64,000 nt of DNA, from the IMG/VR virus record IMGVR_UViG_3300020160_000566. One strand, written 5' to 3'. The DNA comes from an uncultured virus (IMG/VR IMGVR_UViG_3300020160_000566). Lineage: Duplodnaviria; Heunggongvirae; Uroviricota; Caudoviricetes; Crassvirales. Below the pieces are notes generated by a model that did not search any database, was not told the DNA's origin, and saw nothing but the letters and a program-made list of their open reading frames with translations. The translations under genes and the position numbers were made by a program. Positions 47,026 to 55,764 of the stretch are shown here, in pieces (position 1 is the first letter of the stretch; each line of letters begins with the position of its first letter).

Positions 47026-47264
47026 TTCTTACTTAAGAACATCAGAACTATCTCCTTGAGACTTTTGGAGCTCTCAGTGCTCTCTGTGAGCTTGCTGTCA
47101 AGTTTCTCACGATACTCACCCTCTAGCTCATTTACCTTTGCCTTAAGATCATCCTCGCTCTGCATTAGGCGATTAAGGAACATCCAACACAGGTAGCCAA
47201 GTGCTAATACTGCGAATCCTAGGACACCATACTGCGTTAATACTTCAAATGGACCGAATGACAT
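47022..47264 (-). CDS. single-TM holin-like protein
   Basis: QYGVLGFAVLALGYLCWMFL plus coiled coil. Confidence 0.55.
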   Translation of the reverse strand: MSFGPFEVLTQYGVLGFAVLALGYLCWMFLNRLMQSEDDLKAKVNELEGEYREKLDSKLTESTESSKSLKEIVLMFLSKK

Positions 47265-47398
47265 TACTTATTATCTAAATGTCTTTTGATGAATAACCAT
47301 GCCACATAGCCTAATGCCAATACAACGAGCCCTAGTGGTCCGTACTCAGATAGCTGTGAGAATACACCGAAGTCAGGTGTTGTTGATACTGTATCCAT
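47264..47398 (-). CDS. 44-aa single-TM paralog of the downstream gene (not in ORF track)
   Basis: MDTVSTTPDFGVFSQLSEYGPLGLVVLALGYVAWLFIKRHLDNK; TAATG overlaps at both ends. Confidence 0.65.
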   Translation of the reverse strand: MDTVSTTPDFGVFSQLSEYGPLGLVVLALGYVAWLFIKRHLDNK

Positions 47399-47652
47399 TA
47401 TCTATTAATTATTAGTTGCTTTACTGCGTCTGATAACTCAGCTACACTTCTAGCTAAGTTTTTTATTTCCAATTGGGTTTGTTCTTGAATGGCCTGATAT
47501 TTGAGACGAGATTCTTGCTCGACAAGCTCAATCTTTCCCTTGAGCTTGCCGGCATCTTCAGTGTTCTTACGTACATCAGAGTGAACCATCTTTAAAAAAT
47601 ATCCTATAATAGCTATGGCCGTAACCATACCAAATTGAATCAACTCTTGCAT
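47398..47652 (-). CDS. single-TM coiled-coil protein (holin-like)
   Basis: N-terminal TM plus heptads. Confidence 0.55.
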   Translation of the reverse strand: MQELIQFGMVTAIAIIGYFLKMVHSDVRKNTEDAGKLKGKIELVEQESRLKYQAIQEQTQLEIKNLARSVAELSDAVKQLIINR

Positions 47653-47655
47653 TTA

Positions 47656-47988
47656 TTATACATTTTGCTGCCAAGCCGGCGGAAGTGTAACAGTTACAGG
47701 ATTAATCTGTAGGTTAATGTTCTCTTGAAGTGAAGCATTCATTTGCTCTACATCCAACTCTTCTTCTAACCAACCAACAACTTGTTCTTTTGTTAATTGA
47801 TCGTATGGAGTGAACGTTTCAGGATCAGGCATACCAACGCTAGTTGCGCCATATGTCTCTGCGAAATATTCTTTCTCCTCATGCAATTCTCTTGCTTGAT
47901 ATCTCCAATGCACAATGATGACTACATCGTCCATGTTTTCTTCATGAACTCTGCACTCCATTGCTGAGATTACCCAATCAGTTGTCAT
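47656..47988 (-). CDS. tail-fibre-associated small protein
   Basis: VHWR...FTPYDQLTKEQVVGW pattern; follows the tail fibre. Confidence 0.6.
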   Translation of the reverse strand: MTTDWVISAMECRVHEENMDDVVIIVHWRYQARELHEEKEYFAETYGATSVGMPDPETFTPYDQLTKEQVVGWLEEELDVEQMNASLQENINLQINPVTVTLPPAWQQNV

Positions 47989-48115
47989 CTTCTTCTGGTT
48001 TTAATGCTTGAAGTGCTGCGATGATTGCAGACACATCTTGTAGGTTAAACGCTCCTTTTGTAGTTGCTACGTTTACTGCATCTACTAATACTTGGTAAGC
48101 TTGTTCTTTTGTCAT
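47978..48115 (-). CDS. 45-aa hypothetical protein (not in ORF track)
   Basis: MTKEQAYQVLVDAVNVATTKGAFNLQDVSAIIAALQALKPEEDDN; TATATTTG box upstream. Confidence 0.6.
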   Translation of the reverse strand: MTKEQAYQVLVDAVNVATTKGAFNLQDVSAIIAALQALKPEEDDN

Positions 48116-48143
48116 AATTAAAGTTTTTACAAATATATGAAAA

Positions 48144-51100
48144 TTAATGCAATGGTACCCAACTGCTTCCGTTGTATACTGTTACTTTATTGTTAGTTGT
48201 GTCATACACAATTAATCCTGTAGCAGGCGACCCTATACTGTTCATTTCTGAATTTGTCATTCTCGGAGGCAAGAAACCTTGCCTTCTTGATGACAAGTCC
48301 ATTATAGATGATGTATCAGGAGCAGTTGTTCCAACGCCTACACTACCGTTAGCAGCTATACGCATCATTTCAGATCCACCAATATTTATGGCAAATGGAT
48401 TAGCAAATGAAAGATCTAAAGAAGACACTCCTGTAGAGTTTGAACTTAAAGATAAAGTCTGAGGAGCTCCAAATGATTGGCTATGTACAAGCTTCATCGT
48501 AGTAGGCACGAATGATGTACCTACAACATGAAGTTTAACATCAGGACTAGTAGTACCTATACCAACATCGCCCGACCCCATTACAGCTACTCTAGTTGAT
48601 CCAGAAGTAGTTAAGTAAACAGAACTAGATCCTGCAACAGTTAATATATTAGAGCTATCTCTTCTTATAAAATTAGAAGTGTTACCGAAATACAAGTAAT
48701 TATTCTCAGGCAATCTAATATCCCCAACAACATCTAGCTTATAAGCAGGAGTAGTAGTACCAATACCAACGTTGCCTGCGCTCGTGATGCGCATGCGCTC
48801 GGCATCAGCTGTTATGTCATACCAAACTAAACTCCTTGCAGAATTTATATAATTAGCCCAAATACCATTGCCTGCTGATTCTAAATATATTGATGCAATA
48901 TTTGAATTTGAAACCTTTAATACTTTTTCTGTACCACTTATGAGCCCGTCGGTATAAGTTGTTCCAATTCCGACATTCCCATTTGCTGCAATACGCATTC
49001 TTTCAGTGTCATTAGTGTAGAACTCCATTGGATATGCTCCACTACTGTAAATAACAGTTGAGTATGCAGTTCCACCGAATGATCCACCTGTAACATTATT
49101 TCTACCAAAATAAGATGTACCACCTGCGTTTTGAGCTAAGTAAGCAGCTCCATTAGTATTAGTTGATGAGGTTAACTTAATACCACCTACTGCTCCACCT
49201 GTTGTATTTACATGTAATGTAGAATCAGGATTAGTAGTACCAATACCAACAAGCCCTGAATTCTTAATAACAGCTTGATCGCTATTAGCCATTCTAAAGT
49301 AAATATCATTACCTGAAGGCCTGTTGATATATAAGTGGTTGTCGTTTGGTGAACTTAATAAGTTATAAGAACCTGTATTTAAAGTACCATTTAATGATAA
49401 TCCTGTATAATTAGATCCAAAACCTGCAGACCCCATTAAAGCAGCACCTGACCCATCTCCGACTACTGTAAGTTTAGCAGCAGGACTTGAAGTACCAATA
49501 CCTACAAAACCTGCTGAAGTAATGCGAACTTGCTCAGTATAGCTATTTCCACCATTTCTCTGACCAATAACAAAATCTCCACCAACTGAAGCTGTGCTAT
49601 TGTTAAATCCAATATACCCAATAGCATTACTTCCATTTAAAGAAACAAATCTTAAACTTGAAAATCCTCCGCCTCCTGTATTTTGAATTAAAATATTTGC
49701 GCCTCCATCAGGTTGAATTAATGAAACTGAAGATGCAACATAAGAGGTTGTATTGCTTTCAGCTATATGTAATTTTTGTCCAGGACTAGCAGTACCAATA
49801 CCTACGTTATTATTTGAGCTAATAAAAAATTGAGTTGTTCCAGTAAGAGAGTAACCATTTCTAGATATGAAAAAACTATCATTTGATCCAGTTCCTATTT
49901 CAAACCATGCTCCACTTGATACACCTCCACTACGGCCCATTCTTAAAGCAGCCGCGTTTGCAATAGAATTCCAAACAATATGAGGATTAGCTATCATAAT
50001 GCCTGTTGCCCCGCCAGCTCCAATTGTAACAAATGGCGTAGATCCATCTCCCCATAGTGTAGTGTTAGTCACAACAAACTTATCCCATCCACTTGTCCCC
50101 CCTGTAAAAACTTCTAGCTTTCCATTTGGTGCAGTTGTACCAATACCTACGTTGCCATTTTCTGTAATTGTCATTCTAACTGCGGCATCGACAGCATAGT
50201 TATGAGTTACAAAATTTAACCTTTGACTATAATTTCCACCAACTGTAGTAGACTCAATAGACATACCTGCAATAAACTGATTTGCAAAAGTATTGTTAGC
50301 ATAACCAATATAACGGGTACCTGCATTTGTGTAATTTCCTAAACGTATATTGCCGTTAACATCTAAAACTTCATATGGATTAGTAGTACCTATACCTACG
50401 TTGCCGCCGCTAGTGATACGCATACGTTCTGCCCCTGCAGTTAAATCATACCAAACTAAACTTCTTGCTGTGTTTAAATAATTAGCAATAGATCCTCCTG
50501 CTGACTCAAGATATATTGATGAGATATTACTACTAGATATCTTTAAAATTGTCTCAGTACCACTTATAGCATTGGCTACACTAGTAGTTCCTATACCAAC
50601 GTTGCCTGCGCTCGTGATACGCATACGCTCAGAAGAGTTAGCAAAAAACTTTACAGGACCACCTGTTGCAAAAACACTTGCACTATTATCTGACCCATCT
50701 CCAAAAAATAATGCTGTATTTCTTGAATTTATATTACCATCTACTGTTAATTTATCACCCGGAGTAGTTGTACCGATACCAACGTTGCCAGCAGCAGTAA
50801 TGCGCATGCGCTCGGAGCTATTAGTATTAAATAATATGCTTTCGGCTCCCTTAGATGCTAAACTTAAAGCTACACTAGGATTAGTACCCCCCATTTGTAT
50901 ACCACCATACCACAACTCAACTGATTGTGAAAGATTTTCAGCATAAAACCCAGCAAAAGTCGTTACATCGTTATTAGGGCTGACTACTACAAATCGTTTA
51001 GACGGACTAGTAGTGCCTATACCTAATCTACCACTCGCATCTAACGTCATAGCTTGTGTAAAGCTGATAGCGTTACCTGCCGTTCCTGAAGGAGCGGTAA

Positions 51101-54100
51101 ACCAAGCGTGTATTCCAGCATCACTTGCGTTTATTTCATATCGTGCAGCAAAACTTGAATTAACATATTTCCAACCTGTTTGATAGAAAGCATTAGAGTT
51201 TACATATCCTGTATTACTATATCCTCCTAAACTTGTTGAGCCAACTTGAAATGCAGTTACAGTATTCCACGCACTCGGTGTTACTCCTAATCCTAAATTG
51301 CCACTAACCTCTTGTAGTGCGCTATTCCCAATTGCACTTGAGCTTGTAAATTTAGGAACGTAGTTCGTAGTTCCCGTTCCAGTAACCGGATTGGTTATAA
51401 CTGACTGATACTGAGGTATGTTTAGAATACCTGTAGAGCTGTTATATGTAGCCGCACCACTTGTGCCTGTTGTTGTCAAGCTGATAGCAGCTCTTGCTCT
51501 AGCGTCAGTGAAGTATAGATTAGTATCCTCAATGATGTCACTAGTGTACAATGTCTTTGAGCCAATACCTAAGATATGGCCAAACTCATCGAGCATGATG
51601 TTTTGAACGACAGTGCCTATTGAGTTAAATGTACCCAATGGAGTCTCAAAATCACCAAGCTCACCTAATGATGTAGCTAGACATCTAAACGCCTCAAATG
51701 ACCCCCCATCCTCAATTGATCTGTTCATTAAGTCTTGAGCACCCTGAACGTCTAACCCTTGGCCTATGCCGTGAGATATTGTGATGTTGCCTGATGATGT
51801 AATAGGGCCGTCCTCAGAGACGATTCTAGGGCCTGCAGTTACGCCAATGCTTGTAACTGTACCAACACTCCATGATCTGTCAGCAGAGAGGTCGTATGAC
51901 GTACCATTTATTGTTAACTGACGGCTTGTCGGAACATATCCGCTTAATGCTGATGAGTAGTTTGGTATATTTAAAGTACTGCCAATAAGCGTAGCCGCTC
52001 CACTTGATCCTGTAGTGGTAAGTGTAATTGCGTTCTGCTTATTGTTGAATGTATTCCAGTCAGTTGAACTTAAGAACCCGTTTGTTGACGCTCCTGCTTG
52101 ACTAATTGAAAAAGTCTTTGTAGCACCATTAAAGCTCAAAGGAGCCGTAGTGTTTAACTGAGTGTATGCTAAATTACTTCCGTTAAAAAACACAAAGTCA
52201 TTTGTAGTGGCAGCACCCGCAATTAAATTTGCTGTAACAGTACCTGTATTCTGCTGAGTAAGTACAATGCTTGTTGCGGCAACGCCATAGTTTACAGCAG
52301 CAGACACTATTGAGCGGTTGTAGGCAGTTGTCCAGTTAGACTGATTGGCTGTTGTTGGTATTGAATAACCTGATTGAAGACCTAACGCAAACGTACCTGA
52401 TCCTGTTATTGGAGAACCTGCAACTGTTAACCCTGTAGGCACAGTCATCGCAATGTTAGTTACAGTACCAACGCTCCAAGATCTATCTGCACTTAAGTCA
52501 TATGCAGTACCGTTAATAGTTAACTGCCTAGTAGTCGGAACAGGCGTATAACCTAATGCTGTATCAATACTCTTATTCTTCCAAAGCTGTGTAGCTGTCT
52601 CATAGAATAAGCCCTGATTGTTTAAAGGATTGTTGATGTAAACATTATGAAGCTCATCAAGCTCCCATCCGTTCATAATCTTCACATATATCTTACCGTG
52701 ATTAGCATGAGCGTACTCAACGTAACCCATTACGACAATGTGTCCTGTAGACCCATTTGGCTTGACATTTGTCAGGCCACCCGGAATGGTAGGACTTAAA
52801 TACAATACGTTGCCATCTACCCACGTCTCACCTTGCAATGACCCGGTTGTATTGATATCCTCAAGGTGACCAACAGTAATAATAAACCCTTCTTGGTTTG
52901 TAGCAATAGTCTCTGTAACCAAACCAATGGTGTCAGCACTATTAGCATCGCTGTCAGCCTGAGCGTATGCTACAGCTAATCGTTGGCCTTGAGCACCACT
53001 TACCCTAACAGCAGCATACCCTGCCTTTGTAAGCGTTGTATTTGGACTGACCTTGTTGACCACTCTAGCCACCAAGTCAACACCGTTCTTTAGTATAACG
53101 CTACCGCCTTTTAATGTGGTTTCACTAGATCCAATTGTGTTGTTCCACCTAGTTGTACCTACAACAGCAGTGCCCGTAGGTGATACGTCAAGTGTCAACT
53201 GACCTGCAGTCAACCCAAACTCACCTAAGTTTACATTTTGTGTAGCACCAATATAAGGAACATAACCACCCAATGCTGTTGAGTAGTTAGGTATATTTAG
53301 CACACCTGTAGTATTGTCATATGTTGACAAACCACCTGTGCCTAATGTTGTCAAGCTTATTGACTGACGAGCACGTAAATTTGTAAAATAAAGATTGGTT
53401 ACTCCCTCAGGAATGTTGTCACTTGTCAAGCTAACAGCACCGGTCTGTCCATTGACAGATGTAACCGAGTCAGTGTTGTCAACCTGTTGCCATGCCGTGC
53501 CATCGAATATAGCCCAGTCGCCTACGTTCCAGTCAGTGATGCCGTCAAGGTTAGTACTACCTGCCACGTTGACAATGTAGTAGTAACCACGAGTACCAAC
53601 ACCGCTAGTTAAGGCAGGTGTATTTGTCAAAGCGTTCCATGTACCTTGGTAGATTGAACTACCTATCAACCCATTGATTTGATTCTGCAACTTACCGAAT
53701 GCAGTAAGAATGCTGTCAGAGGCATTTATAGAGCCTCCAGTGACATTTACGCCTGTTAAGACCTTAGCGGTCACCGAGGCGTTATTAAGTGTCACAGAAG
53801 CCGTCCCTGGCCCCGATCCTGTAGCCTCACCACTTAGCGCAGTGATATAGTTGCCTGCAGGTTGCTTACTATTGAAAGTATTCCAATCAGTAAAGCTTAA
53901 GAAGCCACTAGTGCTAATGTTTGCCTGTGGTATTGTGATATTAGGTGTAGTACCACCTGATGAGCTCAACGGAGCTGATGCAGTGACTGCTGTCACAGTT
54001 CCAACATTCCAAGTCCTATTAGCGCTTAGATCATATGTTGTGCCATTGATTGTTAGCGTCCTGCTATTTGGTACATAACCACTCAAAGCTGTTGAGTAGT

Positions 54101-54263
54101 TAGGAATGTTTAGGACATTATTTATAAAAGTAGAAGGCCCTGAAGAGCCTAATGTTGTAAGTGCGATTTTATTTTGAAATATGGACTTTACATTTCCATA
54201 CTTATCAGTTACAACAAGCTCTCTATTATTAGAGCCAAGACCATACTTATTTATTTTCTCCAT
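48144..54263 (-). CDS. long modular tail fibre
   Basis: 2039 aa; many ERMRIT-x2-GNVGIGTT repeats; repeated LTINGT-x-YDLSA-x-R-x-W and LNIPNYS segments. Confidence 0.8.
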   Translation of the reverse strand: MEKINKYGLGSNNRELVVTDKYGNVKSIFQNKIALTTLGSSGPSTFINNVLNIPNYSTALSGYVPNSRTLTINGTTYDLSANRTWNVGTVTAVTASAPLSSSGGTTPNITIPQANISTSGFLSFTDWNTFNSKQPAGNYITALSGEATGSGPGTASVTLNNASVTAKVLTGVNVTGGSINASDSILTAFGKLQNQINGLIGSSIYQGTWNALTNTPALTSGVGTRGYYYIVNVAGSTNLDGITDWNVGDWAIFDGTAWQQVDNTDSVTSVNGQTGAVSLTSDNIPEGVTNLYFTNLRARQSISLTTLGTGGLSTYDNTTGVLNIPNYSTALGGYVPYIGATQNVNLGEFGLTAGQLTLDVSPTGTAVVGTTRWNNTIGSSETTLKGGSVILKNGVDLVARVVNKVSPNTTLTKAGYAAVRVSGAQGQRLAVAYAQADSDANSADTIGLVTETIATNQEGFIITVGHLEDINTTGSLQGETWVDGNVLYLSPTIPGGLTNVKPNGSTGHIVVMGYVEYAHANHGKIYVKIMNGWELDELHNVYINNPLNNQGLFYETATQLWKNKSIDTALGYTPVPTTRQLTINGTAYDLSADRSWSVGTVTNIAMTVPTGLTVAGSPITGSGTFALGLQSGYSIPTTANQSNWTTAYNRSIVSAAVNYGVAATSIVLTQQNTGTVTANLIAGAATTNDFVFFNGSNLAYTQLNTTAPLSFNGATKTFSISQAGASTNGFLSSTDWNTFNNKQNAITLTTTGSSGAATLIGSTLNIPNYSSALSGYVPTSRQLTINGTSYDLSADRSWSVGTVTSIGVTAGPRIVSEDGPITSSGNITISHGIGQGLDVQGAQDLMNRSIEDGGSFEAFRCLATSLGELGDFETPLGTFNSIGTVVQNIMLDEFGHILGIGSKTLYTSDIIEDTNLYFTDARARAAISLTTTGTSGAATYNSSTGILNIPQYQSVITNPVTGTGTTNYVPKFTSSSAIGNSALQEVSGNLGLGVTPSAWNTVTAFQVGSTSLGGYSNTGYVNSNAFYQTGWKYVNSSFAARYEINASDAGIHAWFTAPSGTAGNAISFTQAMTLDASGRLGIGTTSPSKRFVVVSPNNDVTTFAGFYAENLSQSVELWYGGIQMGGTNPSVALSLASKGAESILFNTNSSERMRITAAGNVGIGTTTPGDKLTVDGNINSRNTALFFGDGSDNSASVFATGGPVKFFANSSERMRITSAGNVGIGTTSVANAISGTETILKISSSNISSIYLESAGGSIANYLNTARSLVWYDLTAGAERMRITSGGNVGIGTTNPYEVLDVNGNIRLGNYTNAGTRYIGYANNTFANQFIAGMSIESTTVGGNYSQRLNFVTHNYAVDAAVRMTITENGNVGIGTTAPNGKLEVFTGGTSGWDKFVVTNTTLWGDGSTPFVTIGAGGATGIMIANPHIVWNSIANAAALRMGRSGGVSSGAWFEIGTGSNDSFFISRNGYSLTGTTQFFISSNNNVGIGTASPGQKLHIAESNTTSYVASSVSLIQPDGGANILIQNTGGGGFSSLRFVSLNGSNAIGYIGFNNSTASVGGDFVIGQRNGGNSYTEQVRITSAGFVGIGTSSPAAKLTVVGDGSGAALMGSAGFGSNYTGLSLNGTLNTGSYNLLSSPNDNHLYINRPSGNDIYFRMANSDQAVIKNSGLVGIGTTNPDSTLHVNTTGGAVGGIKLTSSTNTNGAAYLAQNAGGTSYFGRNNVTGGSFGGTAYSTVIYSSGAYPMEFYTNDTERMRIAANGNVGIGTTYTDGLISGTEKVLKVSNSNIASIYLESAGNGIWANYINSARSLVWYDITADAERMRITSAGNVGIGTTTPAYKLDVVGDIRLPENNYLYFGNTSNFIRRDSSNILTVAGSSSVYLTTSGSTRVAVMGSGDVGIGTTSPDVKLHVVGTSFVPTTMKLVHSQSFGAPQTLSLSSNSTGVSSLDLSFANPFAINIGGSEMMRIAANGSVGVGTTAPDTSSIMDLSSRRQGFLPPRMTNSEMNSIGSPATGLIVYDTTNNKVTVYNGSSWVPLH

Positions 54264-54548
54264 TTACTCTATATTAAGAGTATAAAAAGTATTAGCTACA
54301 GATGATCTAGCCAATATTTTATCTCCTTGTGCTAGTTCGTATTTTAAATTATCAGTTACAACATCTCCTGCGTCAAGTATTAGCGTATACAAATCTACTG
54401 TTCTGTCTTCTTTTGCGACATACAAAAAAACTTCTAACGTGTAGCTAATGTCATTTGTAAATCGCATACTCAAGACATCATTACCTATCTTATCAACACA
54501 AGTAAAGATACTTGCTGTTACAGTAGTTACCGATCCGCTTTTAGTCAT
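54264..54548 (-). CDS. small beta-rich tail-associated protein
   Basis: 94 aa, upstream of the fibre gene. Confidence 0.55.
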   Translation of the reverse strand: MTKSGSVTTVTASIFTCVDKIGNDVLSMRFTNDISYTLEVFLYVAKEDRTVDLYTLILDAGDVVTDNLKYELAQGDKILARSSVANTFYTLNIE

Positions 54549-54904
54549 TACTCTTCAATTTGCACCATTGGCTCGTAAGGAAACTCCTCCGTAGTAGCGT
54601 GTCCAGCAAATGCGTGTTTTGGGTTCTTTGGTTCTACTAAGTTTGCCCCAAAGTCGTATGTCTCGGAACTCATAACGTCATAGTGGTAGCCATCAGCGTA
54701 AACGGGCGGGGTTACGATTTCCATTCCATCCATTACGGGAGGGACGATCATAATTTTTCCTATATTGACTACAGCTTGCACACCTTCGCCATAAGCCAAA
54801 TACACATTGCCATCAATGCCTTCTGTCTCAACAAATATTCCTTTTGACTTTAAATCGTCAAGGCCTTGTTGTTCGTTCTCATAATTAAGCTTAAAAATGT
54901 TCAT
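54548..54904 (-). CDS. tail-associated hypothetical protein (full-length copy)
   Basis: MNIFKLNYEN...GYHYDVM...PKNPKHAFAG. Confidence 0.7.
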   Translation of the reverse strand: MNIFKLNYENEQQGLDDLKSKGIFVETEGIDGNVYLAYGEGVQAVVNIGKIMIVPPVMDGMEIVTPPVYADGYHYDVMSSETYDFGANLVEPKNPKHAFAGHATTEEFPYEPMVQIEE

Positions 54905-55608
54905 ATCCTTATAAAATTTAATCCTTTACTTTTTCCATTAGCAATAGGTCTCTCATGATTACTATTACCATTTACTGTTCTATAACTAGCATTAAATATT
55001 TCAGGGGTCTCCCACATATAGCATTCAATACCTGTTGTAAGCTCTCGAACCTTCATGGATGATTCTCTCCAAGCTTCTTTTTGTCTTTGCCTAGTTATTT
55101 CACTTATTTGTATTCCTCTTTCTTTTCTTGTTTCTGATATTTTTCTTTTAGTTTCTTCAGAATGCTTTCTGCCTGTTAAATATTCAATTAATCTTCTTTT
55201 TTGATCATCAGACATTTTCCAACCCTTATGAGATTCAGACATTTTCTTTAATGATTCAGGCGTATGCTTGCAACCTTTTCTAGGTGAAGGCCTACCCTTC
55301 ATTATTTCTGAATGTCTTTTTCTATTTTCCTCCGATGGCTTATATCCAAATGCTCCTTCTCCGCCTAAAGTTATGTTACATAGATTATCAATTCCTATTG
55401 AATCAATTAAAAATTTTTCCATCTCTTTAGCTTCTTCTAGTGATATGTCTTTTGCAACAATATCAACTAATAATCCATACTTATTATAAACACGAGTCCA
55501 ATATGGATTTCGTTTAGTTCTACGATATGGCCTTTTAGGATCTGTTGCTATCCCAACGTAATAAATATCACGTGTGCTTGGTTTCATATGTATGTAAACG
55601 AATGCCAT
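54901..55608 (-). mobile_element. free-standing GIY-YIG-like homing endonuclease with NUMOD3 repeats
   Basis: FVYIH...YYVGI...LCNITLGGEG; KHTPESLKKMSESHKG; KHSEETKRKIS. Confidence 0.75.
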
Positions 55609-55611
55609 TTT

Positions 55612-55764
55612 CTACAACCCAAGTTCGACAACTGCAGCCACTCCGTTTCCGTATGCTTCGTGTTTTTCTCCGTCAATGCCGTCAACCTCTACAAGTATGC
55701 CTTTGGCTTTAAGGTCTGCGAGTGCGGTGTCCTTGTTTTCGTATGTCAGTTTATATATGTTCAT
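55612..55764 (-). pseudogene. truncated 50-aa paralog of 54548..54904
   Basis: MNIYKLTYENKDTALADLKAKGILVEVDGIDGEKHEAYGNGVAAVVELGL* aligns with residues 1-50 of the full copy. Confidence 0.8.

Noticed and set aside
54901..55612. Group I intron around the homing endonuclease
   Set aside because: Only 3 nt separate the stub stop from the HEG start and the HEG stop overlaps the next ATG, leaving no room for a ribozyme core outside the ORF
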